Shown in pieces: positions 22,092 through 32,118 of a stretch of DNA of 64,000 nt. Source of the stretch: Gemmatimonadota bacterium (GTDB lineage Bacteria > Gemmatimonadota > Gemmatimonadetes > Gemmatimonadales > GWC2-71-9); NCBI GenBank assembly GCA_036679645.1, contig JAZDCY010000046.1, positions 1 through 64,000 of the forward strand. Reading direction: 5' to 3'. The first letter of the stretch is position 1. Each line of letters begins with the position of its first letter. The notes under the pieces are model-generated. The model was not told where the DNA came from and searched no databases. It was given only the letters and a program-made list of their open reading frames with translations. Both the position numbers and the translations under genes were made by a program.

Positions 22092-24434
22092 ATGAAGGCC
22101 TCCCTCCTGATGTCCCGCGTGGCACTCTGCTTGACGAGCGTCGGTCCTCTGATGGGACGACCCCTCTATGCCCAGTGCGCTGACGGAACACCGCCACCGT
22201 GTGAGGTGCAGGCGGCGCGGGTCGTCGCTCGCGCCACACCGCCACCCTCCGCAGCCGAGCGCGGCCGCAGTTTTCTGATTCTTCCGTTCCGCAATATCAC
22301 TCGCTCAGCGGATCACGAGTGGCTCGTAGAAGGCTCGCCGGTGCTCCTGGCCGACGCCCTCGGCCAGTGGGATGAGATTCGCGTCGTGCGATCGGAACAG
22401 CTCTTCCCGGCTCTCGCACGGCGCGGCCTGAGTGCCGGTGATGTGATTGCCCTCGACCAGGCCCGGCAAATCGCGGAGGAAACCGGTGGGTGGACCGTGG
22501 TTACCGGCGAGTTCCTGGCGACGAGTCGTGGGACGCGTGTCAGCGTGCGCGCCTACGACGCCGTCACTCAGCGGGAGGTCGTGAGTGCCCGCGGGGAGAT
22601 CGAAGCCGGTGGCGACGAGCGGGACGTATACGAACAGCTGGCGGGTGAGCTCTTGGCGGCTGCCGGCCTGGAAGCCTCGAGCCTCGACCTCGCGGCGGCC
22701 ACCACGCAGTCGCTCGAGGCATACAAGGCATACGTGCGTGGCAATGCACACATGAATCGCAACCAGTTGGGCGCGGCCCGGGAAGCGTTTCTGGAAGCCA
22801 TCGAGCTGGACAGCACGTTTGCGCAAGCGTACGCGGGCCTCGCGGGAGCCTCCGTCGGCCTTGCGACATTCATGGATCCGGCAAATCCGGCCGCACAGTA
22901 CGCCGAGCGGGCTGCAGAACTTGCCGGCAACCTCCCGTCCCGAGAGCGCATACAAGTCCGGGCGATCAACTCGCTGCTCCATGGACAGTTCAGCGCTGCC
23001 CGCGCGGGCCTGGAGCAACTTGTTGCGTCCGACTCAGCGGACGTCGATGCGATGGAGCTGCTCGCCGTTGTCGATCTGTTCGATTGGGTCCTGGTAGAGG
23101 TCGACGGCGAGGAACGCGTACGCGGGTCCTACAACAGAACGGCGCGACTGGCAAAGAGGGTGCTGGCCCTGGACCCAGCGCGTCACGGGATGTACTCGAT
23201 GCTGAGCAGCGTGTATGCACAGGCCGGCGGCCTCTTTTCTGGTGTGATCAGTGGCCGCCGCCGCGAGTACCCGTCTCTGGCGGCCTATTTGATGGCATCG
23301 CCGGGTGGCGTCTTCGTCCTCGTGTTCCGGGACTCCATCGAACTCGTACCGGATTCAGTCTTCAGAGCTCGTGGGGGAGACCGGGCGGCGTCGCTGCGAA
23401 GGGCGAGAGGAGTGGCACGGGAGTGGGTTGACCAGTGGCTCGCCGCCGGTCCGGACGAGTCCGAAGCACACTTGATGGCCTCGAGACTGGACGAGCTGGA
23501 TGGCCGCTACGATCCCGCCCTCGAGCATCTGGCACGGGCGGAGTCGCTCGGCATCGAGAGCGCGTGGGAGAATCAGGCCGGCAGAAGGGTATCGATGCTG
23601 GTCAGGCTTGGACGGTTCGACGAGGCCATTCCCATAGCCGACTCGCTACTTGGTCAGGGTCACTTCCGCTCGCCGGTAACCCGAACGGAGTGGAACTTCC
23701 GCAGCGCCGTCTGGACGACGCAGCTCTACTTGCTCACGGGCCAGCTCGACAAGGCAGAGGCGGTGCTCCAAGCGTACCCCGACCCGGTTCAACTGTGCGG
23801 TCTGCAATCGGGGGGGTATGGATGGGAAATCCGGGTTCCGGACATCCTGCGGCCCGGCATCGCCGATACGGCACTCAGTCTGATGCGGCTGTTGCTCGAC
23901 CGTCCCTCCCTTGGCAACTGTCTCGCCCAAATGCTGGGCGGTGCTGCCGAGCGAGCAGAGGGGGACGAGCGAACTCGGTTGTTGACCGCCATCCACGAGG
24001 CGGTGAGCACTCTTGCCGACTCTGGGCACGCCGAAGCTTTGGTCGTGGTGGGTCAAGCCCTTGTGCTGCAAGACATGGTACCCGAGGCGCTGGCGGCGTA
24101 TGCGGAGGCCCAGGCCCTCGATTCGCTGACCATCTCGGCTGCGTCCTGGAACGCGTTGTGTTGGTTTGGCAGCCTCTGGGGACACGCAGCCGAGGTGCTG
24201 GCCGCCTGCGAACGCGCAGTGGCGCTTGCCCCGGAACATGGTGGGATCGCCGACAGCCGCGGGCTTGCCCGGGCGCTGACCGGCGACGTCGCGGGCGCGA
24301 TCGCTGATTTTCAGACCTTTGTCGCGTGGGTTACAGACGAGCAGCTTCGCACTCAGCGTCTAGGCTGGATCGAAGCGCTGCGCGCCGGGCAGAACCCGTT
24401 CACCGATGAGGTGCTTGTACAACTTCGCGGGTAA
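22092..24434 (+). CDS. Exported TolB-N/FlgO-like (LPFRN) + TPR repeat protein, paralog B
   Basis: Signal peptide ending LYA-Q, CADGTPPPC, SFLILPFRN, TTQSLEAYKAY, TPR tail with DSRGLARAL.GD. Confidence 0.78.
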   Translation: MKASLLMSRVALCLTSVGPLMGRPLYAQCADGTPPPCEVQAARVVARATPPPSAAERGRSFLILPFRNITRSADHEWLVEGSPVLLADALGQWDEIRVVRSEQLFPALARRGLSAGDVIALDQARQIAEETGGWTVVTGEFLATSRGTRVSVRAYDAVTQREVVSARGEIEAGGDERDVYEQLAGELLAAAGLEASSLDLAAATTQSLEAYKAYVRGNAHMNRNQLGAAREAFLEAIELDSTFAQAYAGLAGASVGLATFMDPANPAAQYAERAAELAGNLPSRERIQVRAINSLLHGQFSAARAGLEQLVASDSADVDAMELLAVVDLFDWVLVEVDGEERVRGSYNRTARLAKRVLALDPARHGMYSMLSSVYAQAGGLFSGVISGRRREYPSLAAYLMASPGGVFVLVFRDSIELVPDSVFRARGGDRAASLRRARGVAREWVDQWLAAGPDESEAHLMASRLDELDGRYDPALEHLARAESLGIESAWENQAGRRVSMLVRLGRFDEAIPIADSLLGQGHFRSPVTRTEWNFRSAVWTTQLYLLTGQLDKAEAVLQAYPDPVQLCGLQSGGYGWEIRVPDILRPGIADTALSLMRLLLDRPSLGNCLAQMLGGAAERAEGDERTRLLTAIHEAVSTLADSGHAEALVVVGQALVLQDMVPEALAAYAEAQALDSLTISAASWNALCWFGSLWGHAAEVLAACERAVALAPEHGGIADSRGLARALTGDVAGAIADFQTFVAWVTDEQLRTQRLGWIEALRAGQNPFTDEVLVQLRG

Positions 24435-24472
24435 TGGGGCCAGGGCGCGCACCGACATCACCGCATTTCATA

Positions 24473-25372
24473 TCAATCGAAAGAAGCTTCACCCAGAGCC
24501 CGCAGCTCGAGCGGAAGCAGCGACGCGTAGGCCATCGCATGGATGGGCGTGGGCACACCCACCTCTTTCCCCAATCGTACCACCGCACCATTCCACGCGT
24601 CGAGTTCCGATCGCCTGCCTTCGGCGAGGTCGCGGCTGAGCGATGCCCTGCCCTCCGCCGGAAGCGTGTCGAGAAACGCCAACGACTTCGGCACGATGTC
24701 ATCCGGCAACCGTACGCCGCGGGCTCGCGCGACCGCTTCGATCTCCCGCATCGCGCCTTCGAGCAGTGCCCGTGTTTCGGGAACCGTCCGGATGGTCCCG
24801 ATCGGCGCGCGGGTCACGGCGCCGACCCCACCCGTGGACACGACAAACATGAACTTGTGCCATAGGGCGGCTTCGATGTCGTCGGGCACCTCCGCCCCAA
24901 CACCGGAACGCTCGAGAACATCGCGAAACCGAATAGCTCGCTCGCTCTTCGCGTTGTCACGCTCGCCGAACACGAGGGTCGGTTCCGCTCCAACATGACG
25001 GACGTGCCCTGGTCCCTCGATGTGCGCGATGATGCGGCAGAGTCCGATCGCGGCCTCGACACCGTTGAGCGCCGGCACGACAAATGTCCCGTCGCCCATC
25101 AGCGACTTGATCCCATCAATTGCCTCGGCAAGTTGCCACGTCTTCACCGCAACGAGCACGACGTCGACGGGACCCATTGAGCTGGGATCGTCGGTTGCGG
25201 TGACAGACGGAAGCGCGGCGTCTCCCTTATGGCTAGTGATGCGCAGGCCCGCGGAACGCATGGCCTCGAGATGTTTGCCACGCGCGATGAACGCCACGTC
25301 TTCACCACTCTGGTGCAGCCGGGCGCCGAAGTACCCGCCCACTCCCCCGGAACCAAAGATCGCGATTCGCAT
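24473..25372 (-). CDS. panE: 2-dehydropantoate 2-reductase family
   Basis: GSGGVGGYFG, VAVKTWQ, NGVE, LWHKF, S..RDL.EGRRSELD. Confidence 0.85.
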   Translation of the reverse strand: MRIAIFGSGGVGGYFGARLHQSGEDVAFIARGKHLEAMRSAGLRITSHKGDAALPSVTATDDPSSMGPVDVVLVAVKTWQLAEAIDGIKSLMGDGTFVVPALNGVEAAIGLCRIIAHIEGPGHVRHVGAEPTLVFGERDNAKSERAIRFRDVLERSGVGAEVPDDIEAALWHKFMFVVSTGGVGAVTRAPIGTIRTVPETRALLEGAMREIEAVARARGVRLPDDIVPKSLAFLDTLPAEGRASLSRDLAEGRRSELDAWNGAVVRLGKEVGVPTPIHAMAYASLLPLELRALGEASFD

Positions 25373-25390
25373 GACCGGCGAGGCCGTCCG

Positions 25391-28300
25391 CTAACGCTCC
25401 CCGCCGCCTGACCCGGTGCGGCTCGTGGTGCGGCGCCGGTTGTCCGGTGACGACTTGTCCGGATACGCGGGCGGCGGCGGAACGAGACGCGGATCCTCAG
25501 TAATCAACGCTTGGAGATGCCTCACCGCGGCGGCGAGTTGCGCATCTTCCCCGTTGAACGTGGCGTGAGGGAGGTTGTCGACGACGATGTCCGGCTCCAC
25601 ACCATGTCCCTCGATGAGCCATTCGCCTTCCTCACCGTAGACACCGAACTCCGCCGCCGTCACGATGCCGCGATCGGACAGCCGGTTGCTGCTCGTGAGC
25701 CATATCTCTCCACCCCATGTGCGCGTACCGATGATCTGACCCAGGTCGAGCCGCCTGAACCCCTCGGCAAAGGCCTCGCCATCAGATGCGGTGCGCTCAT
25801 CGACGAGTACGACGACATGTCCTCGAAAGGCGTACTGCATGTTCCAGTAGGGATCGCCAACGCGCGCCTGCCAGTACATCCACACCTTGCGCAACAGTTT
25901 CTCGAGAATCCAACTTTCGATGTTGCCACCGCGGTTGTGTCGCATGTCGACGATCAGCCCCTGCCGATCGAACACCGGATAGAACTCGCGATACCACTCC
26001 TCGATGTTGCGCGATCCCATCGCGCGAAGATGCACGTATCCCACGGCGCCATCCGCCATCGAGTCCACCGCGACACGCCGCGTGTACTCCCACTCGTCAT
26101 AACGCAGATCTGCGTCGCGCGACGCCGAGATGGGACGAACGATCACGTCGCGCCGCGCATCACCGCCGGCACGCGAACGGACGCGGAGACGCACCTGCTC
26201 GCCGGCCTGGTTCCGTAGCAAGGCGTGCACGTTGGGAACGGACAACGTCGGGACACCGTTGATCGCCTCGATCACATCACCTTCGCGCACATCGACGCCG
26301 TAGCGCGCGAGCGGTGAGTGCTGGTCTGGAAGGTCGGGATCGGCGCGATAGATGTGCGCCACTCGGTACCCACCGGCGTCTTCGTCCCGCTCGAGACGCG
26401 CGCCCAGCGTTGCAGTGGCAACATCTTCGGGCCCGTCACGATGGTCGCCGCCATACACGAAGGTGTGAAGCGCGGACAGCTCGGCGGCCATCTGCGATTG
26501 GAGGTCGGCCAACTCGGCGCGGCTCCCCACGCGATCGACGAACGGCAGATACTTCTCGAGCATGCCCTCCCAATCCACACCGTGCATGTTGGGGTCGTAG
26601 AAGTAATCGCGCTCGAGCCGCCACGACTCGACGAAGAGCTGGCGCCAGTCTTCGCGTGGGTCGAGCGAAAAAGTCCAGCTGGAGAGATCGACTCGCGCGT
26701 CGTCGTTCAGTTGCGCAGGCGCCCCGGACGACGCATTGACGACGTAGAAGGCGTTCCCCTTCATTACACCTACCTTCTTGCCGTCCGCCGATACCTCGTA
26801 GTCCCGGATCCCCTCGGCGAACGCCTTCGCTTCCGGGTCGTCTCCATCGACCTCGAGCATCATCAGCGTCTGTTCCCGCGTGCCGCCCGTCGCGCGCGAC
26901 ACGAAAAACAGCCGGTCGCCGGTCGCGGTGAGGTTCCCGTAGTTGCCCGGATCTACAGGCACCTCCACGAGACGCCGTTCGATCCCCTCGAGATCGATGT
27001 CTACGGTGACGTCAGCCGTATCCGCGCTCCGAGTATCATCCGCGGCAGCATCTGCGGCAGTCAACTCGTCTGACGGCTCGAAGGGAAAAGGCGTACCCGG
27101 CTCGAGAGCCAACGCGTACAGCTTCATCTGGCGGTCGAGGTACGGCTCGGGTTGCCGGCTCCCCCAGGGACTTCCCACCAGCGAGCGGAAGTTCCGGTCG
27201 GAGAGAAAGTAGATCCAGTTGCCGTCGGGACTCCATGCCGGACTCCGGCTGTTGAACCTGTCGGTCGTGATGGGTGTGCTCTCACCACTCTCGATACCAT
27301 AGACGTAGAGCTGCATGAAGGAGTTGTCGGCTGGCCTGCCGTACGCCACCCACCTGCTGTCGGGCGACCAAGCCGGCCCCGCGAACCCCCACTGCGGCGA
27401 GAACGCGATCCGGCGTGACTCCTTGGTCTCGAGATTGGTGAGCCACAGCTCCTGATCGTGGTTGGGGTGCGCAATCCACTTCCCATCTGGTGAAGGGACG
27501 CCGGTGAACCGCAGCACGCGACCATTGCTCGTGATCTGCTCCGGCTCGCCAATCCCGTTGGCGGGAAGACGCCACCACTCGACCTCACCGCTCTCATCAG
27601 ACAGCACGATGAGCGACTCGCCGTCTGGCAGGAACCGCGCGGAGCGATACCGCACGCCGTCGTGCCGCGTCGCCTCCACGAACCGGCCCCCGGCCCCGTC
27701 GACCGGCGCCACGAACACCTTGCCGCGCGCGGAGATAGCCAGCCGGTCACCATTCGGCGACAGGTACCAGCTCGAGAGGTAGTCCATGGGATTCTCGACC
27801 CAACGCTCACGCATCTGGTCGAAATCCGATGCGAGCCGAATGGGTATCTCGCGGTCGGCTCCGGCCGCGATGTCGAACACGCGAAGGTCGGCTCCGAGTT
27901 GGTACACGATCTTCGCGCCGCCGAGTGACGGCGACTTCACATCCCAGCCGACGTGACGTGTGTGCTGACTCAGGTCGCCGCCGCGTTCGTCCATCGACCA
28001 GAGGTTCATGGTGCCGTCGCGATCGCTCTCGAAGTAGACGCGGCCGTCCCACCACATGGGAGCGCGGCTCGTGCCCACGTAGTCGGGCGTCAGCGGCTCG
28101 GCTTCCGCCGCACCGGTAGTGAAACGCCAGATGTCCTGTGCCGTGCCACCCTCATACCGCTTCGTCCGACTCCCCTGCATCGCGAAGCGCGTGAAGAAGA
28201 GCGTCTCGCCCCGTGGCTCGTAGCTGCCCTCCGCCGCCTGTGAGAGAGGAATTAGATCTCGCGCACCGGTGGATGGATCGATGGCGGCAAGTTGGACGTT

Positions 28301-28687
28301 CGGTAGCGTCGAGAACCGCGATGTCGCGTACAGAATGCGCCCGTCCGGCGTCCAACCCACCACGGTAGCCGCGCCTTCATAGGTGAGTCGCTGCGGCAAC
28401 CCACCCGTGGCGGGCATCACGTACACCTCCAGCGGTCCCTCGTACGTCGCCGAGAAGGCGATACGATCGCCGTCGGGAGAGAACGCCGGTCGTGCCTCGT
28501 CTCCGGGATGCGTCGTGAGCCGGTGCGCAAGCCCGCCGGCGACGCTCACGCTCCACAGATCTCCCTCCGACGCAAAGACGACTGTTTCTCCATGCAATGC
28601 CGGAAACCGGTAGTAGCCCCGCTGATCCTGTGCTGAGAGGAGTCCGGGAAGGAGGCTAGCAGCGAGTACCACGAAGACAAAACGCAT
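25391..28687 (-). CDS. Exported tricorn-like S41 protease (beta-propellers + PDZ + peptidase)
   Basis: Signal peptide, PD40-like P.WSPDG repeats, YFYDPNMHGVDW, DMRHNRGG, ASDGEAF, GTRTWGG. Confidence 0.93.
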   Translation of the reverse strand: MRFVFVVLAASLLPGLLSAQDQRGYYRFPALHGETVVFASEGDLWSVSVAGGLAHRLTTHPGDEARPAFSPDGDRIAFSATYEGPLEVYVMPATGGLPQRLTYEGAATVVGWTPDGRILYATSRFSTLPNVQLAAIDPSTGARDLIPLSQAAEGSYEPRGETLFFTRFAMQGSRTKRYEGGTAQDIWRFTTGAAEAEPLTPDYVGTSRAPMWWDGRVYFESDRDGTMNLWSMDERGGDLSQHTRHVGWDVKSPSLGGAKIVYQLGADLRVFDIAAGADREIPIRLASDFDQMRERWVENPMDYLSSWYLSPNGDRLAISARGKVFVAPVDGAGGRFVEATRHDGVRYRSARFLPDGESLIVLSDESGEVEWWRLPANGIGEPEQITSNGRVLRFTGVPSPDGKWIAHPNHDQELWLTNLETKESRRIAFSPQWGFAGPAWSPDSRWVAYGRPADNSFMQLYVYGIESGESTPITTDRFNSRSPAWSPDGNWIYFLSDRNFRSLVGSPWGSRQPEPYLDRQMKLYALALEPGTPFPFEPSDELTAADAAADDTRSADTADVTVDIDLEGIERRLVEVPVDPGNYGNLTATGDRLFFVSRATGGTREQTLMMLEVDGDDPEAKAFAEGIRDYEVSADGKKVGVMKGNAFYVVNASSGAPAQLNDDARVDLSSWTFSLDPREDWRQLFVESWRLERDYFYDPNMHGVDWEGMLEKYLPFVDRVGSRAELADLQSQMAAELSALHTFVYGGDHRDGPEDVATATLGARLERDEDAGGYRVAHIYRADPDLPDQHSPLARYGVDVREGDVIEAINGVPTLSVPNVHALLRNQAGEQVRLRVRSRAGGDARRDVIVRPISASRDADLRYDEWEYTRRVAVDSMADGAVGYVHLRAMGSRNIEEWYREFYPVFDRQGLIVDMRHNRGGNIESWILEKLLRKVWMYWQARVGDPYWNMQYAFRGHVVVLVDERTASDGEAFAEGFRRLDLGQIIGTRTWGGEIWLTSSNRLSDRGIVTAAEFGVYGEEGEWLIEGHGVEPDIVVDNLPHATFNGEDAQLAAAVRHLQALITEDPRLVPPPPAYPDKSSPDNRRRTTSRTGSGGGER

Positions 28688-28771
28688 CGTCGGCTCCTGC
28701 GTCGATGACGGATTAGTGATGGACACGAGGAAAGCTAGCCTCGCCGGCCGGGACCGGCGAGCGCAGGAGGA

Positions 28772-29635
28772 CTAGGCGACCAGGGTCGCCAACATGAAAA
28801 TCCCTACGAGGGCGAACAACACCGAGATGGCGACCTTGATGGTATCCGGCTCTACGCGCGCCTGCACGAACGGGCCGATCTGTCCGCCGATCACGACACC
28901 GGGTATCGTGAACACGACCACGTTCAGCACCTGATCGAGCACACCGGCGTCAGCAGACGTCGCAAAGGCAAAGAGGTGGGAAGCGGATGCAACGAAGACG
29001 GTAACGACAACGACGAAGATCGATGTACCCACCGCAACCGGTGAGGGAACGCGGCAACGTGCAACCAGGTGATACTCCTGCAACTCGGCCAGCCCAACCG
29101 AGATCATGCCGACGAACATTCCCCCTATACCGGCCAACGCCATGCCGAGCGGTTTGTCACACACCGTATACCGAAACTCACGGCCCGTCGCGTCCACCAG
29201 AGTGGATTCGTGTTGCTCCTCGGCGTCTTTCGCGATTTCGCCATTGAGGGCCTCGATGATCTCACTGCGGTGCGACCGGTAGATCTGCCAACCGATCAGC
29301 ATGATTCCGACCGCGAAGATCCCCTTGAGCAGGTCGGCCGAAAAGAAATCGGAGATGAGCGTGCCGACGATGGCGGCCGGTACGGAGATCGCGAGCAGCC
29401 TGCGCCCTAGACGCACATCGATAAGACGGCGACGCCAGTAGGCGATGACACCCGACGAGAACCCAAAGAACTCCGTGATGAGTGCGGTGCCGATTGCCAC
29501 CGACGGCTCCAGCTTGAGCACTATGATGAAAAGAGGTGAGAAGAACACCGCCCCGCCAATGCCGCTCGTCATGGCGATTGTCGCAATGGCAATCGACGCG
29601 GGGAACAGGTACCAATTGGCGAGATCGAGTTCCAT
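28772..29635 (-). CDS. Sulfite exporter TauE/SafE family
   Basis: SGIGGAVFFSP, AIGTAL, AVGTS, GGQIG; about 8 TM segments. Confidence 0.85.
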   Translation of the reverse strand: MELDLANWYLFPASIAIATIAMTSGIGGAVFFSPLFIIVLKLEPSVAIGTALITEFFGFSSGVIAYWRRRLIDVRLGRRLLAISVPAAIVGTLISDFFSADLLKGIFAVGIMLIGWQIYRSHRSEIIEALNGEIAKDAEEQHESTLVDATGREFRYTVCDKPLGMALAGIGGMFVGMISVGLAELQEYHLVARCRVPSPVAVGTSIFVVVVTVFVASASHLFAFATSADAGVLDQVLNVVVFTIPGVVIGGQIGPFVQARVEPDTIKVAISVLFALVGIFMLATLVA

Positions 29636-29773
29636 ACGGATCGGGGAACGCGTGTGGGTCGCGGAGAGTCTCCGCGGGATGGACGACGCATCTTGCCCCA
29701 AGCGCCGGCCGGAGGAATGCTACAGGTTGCAAACGGCGCGCGCCACTCACGCCGGCCGACACGAGGTGCTGGG

Positions 29774-30919
29774 ATGGGAAGCACGAACGCCTACGCCCGC
29801 GCGACGCTCACGCGGCTCGTCGGGATCAACTCGGTGAACCCCGCCTACTCGGACGGGGTGACCAGCGAGCGGGATATTGCCGCGTTCGTGGAGGGTGAAC
29901 TCGAGGGCATGGGGCTGGAGGTTACGTCCTACGAGCCAGAGCCCGGTCGCGTGAGCGTGGTTGGCCGGCTTCGGGGCACGGGATCGGGACCGGTCGTGAT
30001 GTTGTATGCCCACATTGACACCGTCGGTGTGGACGACATGGCCAGTCCGTTCGACGCATCGGTTCGTGAGGGCCGACTCCATGGTCGCGGTGCCTACGAC
30101 ATGAAGGGCGGCCTCGCCGCCTGTCTCGCCGCGGCCCGGGCCCTCAGCGCAGCACCTCCCTCAGGGGATGTGCTCGTCGTGGCGGTTGCGGACGAGGAGG
30201 TAGCAAGCATCGGGATGCAGGAGGTGCTGCGTCATGTCACCGCCGAGGCCGCGATCGTGACGGAGCCGACCGACATGGATGTCTGTCTCGCCCACAAGGG
30301 ATTCTGTTGGATAGAGGTCACAACCCACGGCCGCGCGGCGCACGGCAGTCGCTTCGACCTTGGGATCGACGCGAACATGCACATGGGACGCGTGCTCGCA
30401 CGACTCGACGAACTCGAAGAGCGCTTGCGCGCCTCATCGCCTCATCCACTCGTCGGACCACCATCGCTGCATGCAGCGGTGCTCGACGGCGGGTCTGGAC
30501 CAAGCACCTATGCCGCACGTTGCCGGCTCGACATCGAACGCCGCACCATTCCCGGCGAGACGCTCGAGAGCGTGATCAGCGAGATAGAAGAGATTCTCGC
30601 GGACCTGCATGCCGCAGATGAAACGTTCTCCGCCGACGCCCGTTCGGTACTCTGGCGCGAGGCGTTCGAAGTCTCGCCCCACGCGCGGATCGTCGAGTGC
30701 GTCACAAGAGCAGCGACCGACGTACTCGGCGGCCGACCCGCACACGCCGGCCAGACCCCATGGATGGACGCGGCGCTTCTCCAAGCGGCGGGCATCGAGA
30801 CGGTCGTGATAGGGCCCACTGGTGCCGGCGCACACGCCGCCAAGGAGTGGGTCGATCTGGCCTCGGTGGAGCAACTCGCGGCAATCCTCGAACGGACCGT
30901 GAGGACCTACACAGAATAA
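29774..30919 (+). CDS. ArgE/DapE-like M20 metallo-deacylase
   Basis: HIDTV, GRGAYDMKG, DEE, EPT, G.AAHGS, GAHAAKE. Confidence 0.9.
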   Translation: MGSTNAYARATLTRLVGINSVNPAYSDGVTSERDIAAFVEGELEGMGLEVTSYEPEPGRVSVVGRLRGTGSGPVVMLYAHIDTVGVDDMASPFDASVREGRLHGRGAYDMKGGLAACLAAARALSAAPPSGDVLVVAVADEEVASIGMQEVLRHVTAEAAIVTEPTDMDVCLAHKGFCWIEVTTHGRAAHGSRFDLGIDANMHMGRVLARLDELEERLRASSPHPLVGPPSLHAAVLDGGSGPSTYAARCRLDIERRTIPGETLESVISEIEEILADLHAADETFSADARSVLWREAFEVSPHARIVECVTRAATDVLGGRPAHAGQTPWMDAALLQAAGIETVVIGPTGAGAHAAKEWVDLASVEQLAAILERTVRTYTE

Positions 30920-32118
30920 TGCCTCTCTCGTTCCGGCATCGCGTTTTCCTGGGGCTTGTGGGACTCGGTACCCTGCCCCTTGCCATCGCCCTCGTGGTAC
31001 TCGCCCTCCAGACGCGCTCGACCGGGTCGCCGGCGGGTCTGCGCGCCACGCTCGACGAACTGGCGGGAAGCGGCCGCGCGACCATCGCGGTCATCGACAC
31101 GATGGCACTCAGCGACACCGCACGCGCGGCCCTGCGGTCGCACCTGGAAACGATCGCCCGGAGCACGACACTCGCGCGCCGTGCCGAGACGTTGACCCGA
31201 TCCGCTGCCGGATTGCTAGCGGTGAGCGTCGTGATCGCGGCCGTAGTCGTCATCCTGATTTCGCTGACGACCGCCCGCCGCCTGTCGGCGTATACCTCCG
31301 CGCCCATCGAGGAACTCGTGCAATGGGTTGGCCGGATCGAACAACGGGAACCACTTCCCTCCCCGTCCGATCGTGGCGGTGCCCCGGAGTTCGATGCGCT
31401 GCGGCGGGCGCTTGGCACAATGGCCGATGCATTGGAAGAAGGTCGCCGGCAAGAGGTGGAACGGGAGCGGCTCGCTGCGTTTCGCGAGACCGCGCGCCAT
31501 GTCGCACATGAGATGCGTGGCCCACTCACGGCCGCACGGCTCGCGATCCGCCAGCTGGCCAAGTCGGCGGAGGCAGACCATCGCGCGGCGGACGCCCTCG
31601 TTGTCCTCGCCGATGAGACCGAACGCCTCGAACAGATGGCGCGCGAGTTCTCCGACTTCGGTCGCCTGCCCGAAGGCCCCGAGGCCGGCGTCGACATCGC
31701 GGAACTGCTGGACGCCGTCCTGGCGGCCTCGGTCCCGGACGCGTGTCCCGTCACACGAGACATCGCCTCGGGGCTCGAGGTGCTCGCGCACTACGAGCCG
31801 CTGCGGCGCGCCGTGCAGAATCTCGTTTCCAATGCCGTCGAGGCCACCGACGCGCGGGGCATCACCGTCATCGCAGAGGGAATACCAGAGGCGCACACCG
31901 TCATCATCCGGATCGCCGACCATGGGCCGGGCGTGCCGGACGACATGCGCGATCGGATCTTCGAGCCCTATGTGACGACCAAGCCGGGCGGGACCGGCCT
32001 GGGGTTAGCGCTGGCGAGGCAGACCGTCGTGGAACTGGGCGGCACGTTGCGCGTTGAAACCTCGGAAGGTGCCGGTGCGTCGTTTGTGATGGAGTTGCCA
32101 TGCCCACACGAATCCTGA
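30919..32118 (+). CDS. Membrane sensor histidine kinase (NtrY-like, HAMP)
   Basis: Two TM helices, ARHVAHEMRGPL, NLVSNA, DHGPG, IFEPY.TTK.GGTGLGL; ATG overlaps the upstream TAA. Confidence 0.92.
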   Translation: MPLSFRHRVFLGLVGLGTLPLAIALVVLALQTRSTGSPAGLRATLDELAGSGRATIAVIDTMALSDTARAALRSHLETIARSTTLARRAETLTRSAAGLLAVSVVIAAVVVILISLTTARRLSAYTSAPIEELVQWVGRIEQREPLPSPSDRGGAPEFDALRRALGTMADALEEGRRQEVERERLAAFRETARHVAHEMRGPLTAARLAIRQLAKSAEADHRAADALVVLADETERLEQMAREFSDFGRLPEGPEAGVDIAELLDAVLAASVPDACPVTRDIASGLEVLAHYEPLRRAVQNLVSNAVEATDARGITVIAEGIPEAHTVIIRIADHGPGVPDDMRDRIFEPYVTTKPGGTGLGLALARQTVVELGGTLRVETSEGAGASFVMELPCPHES

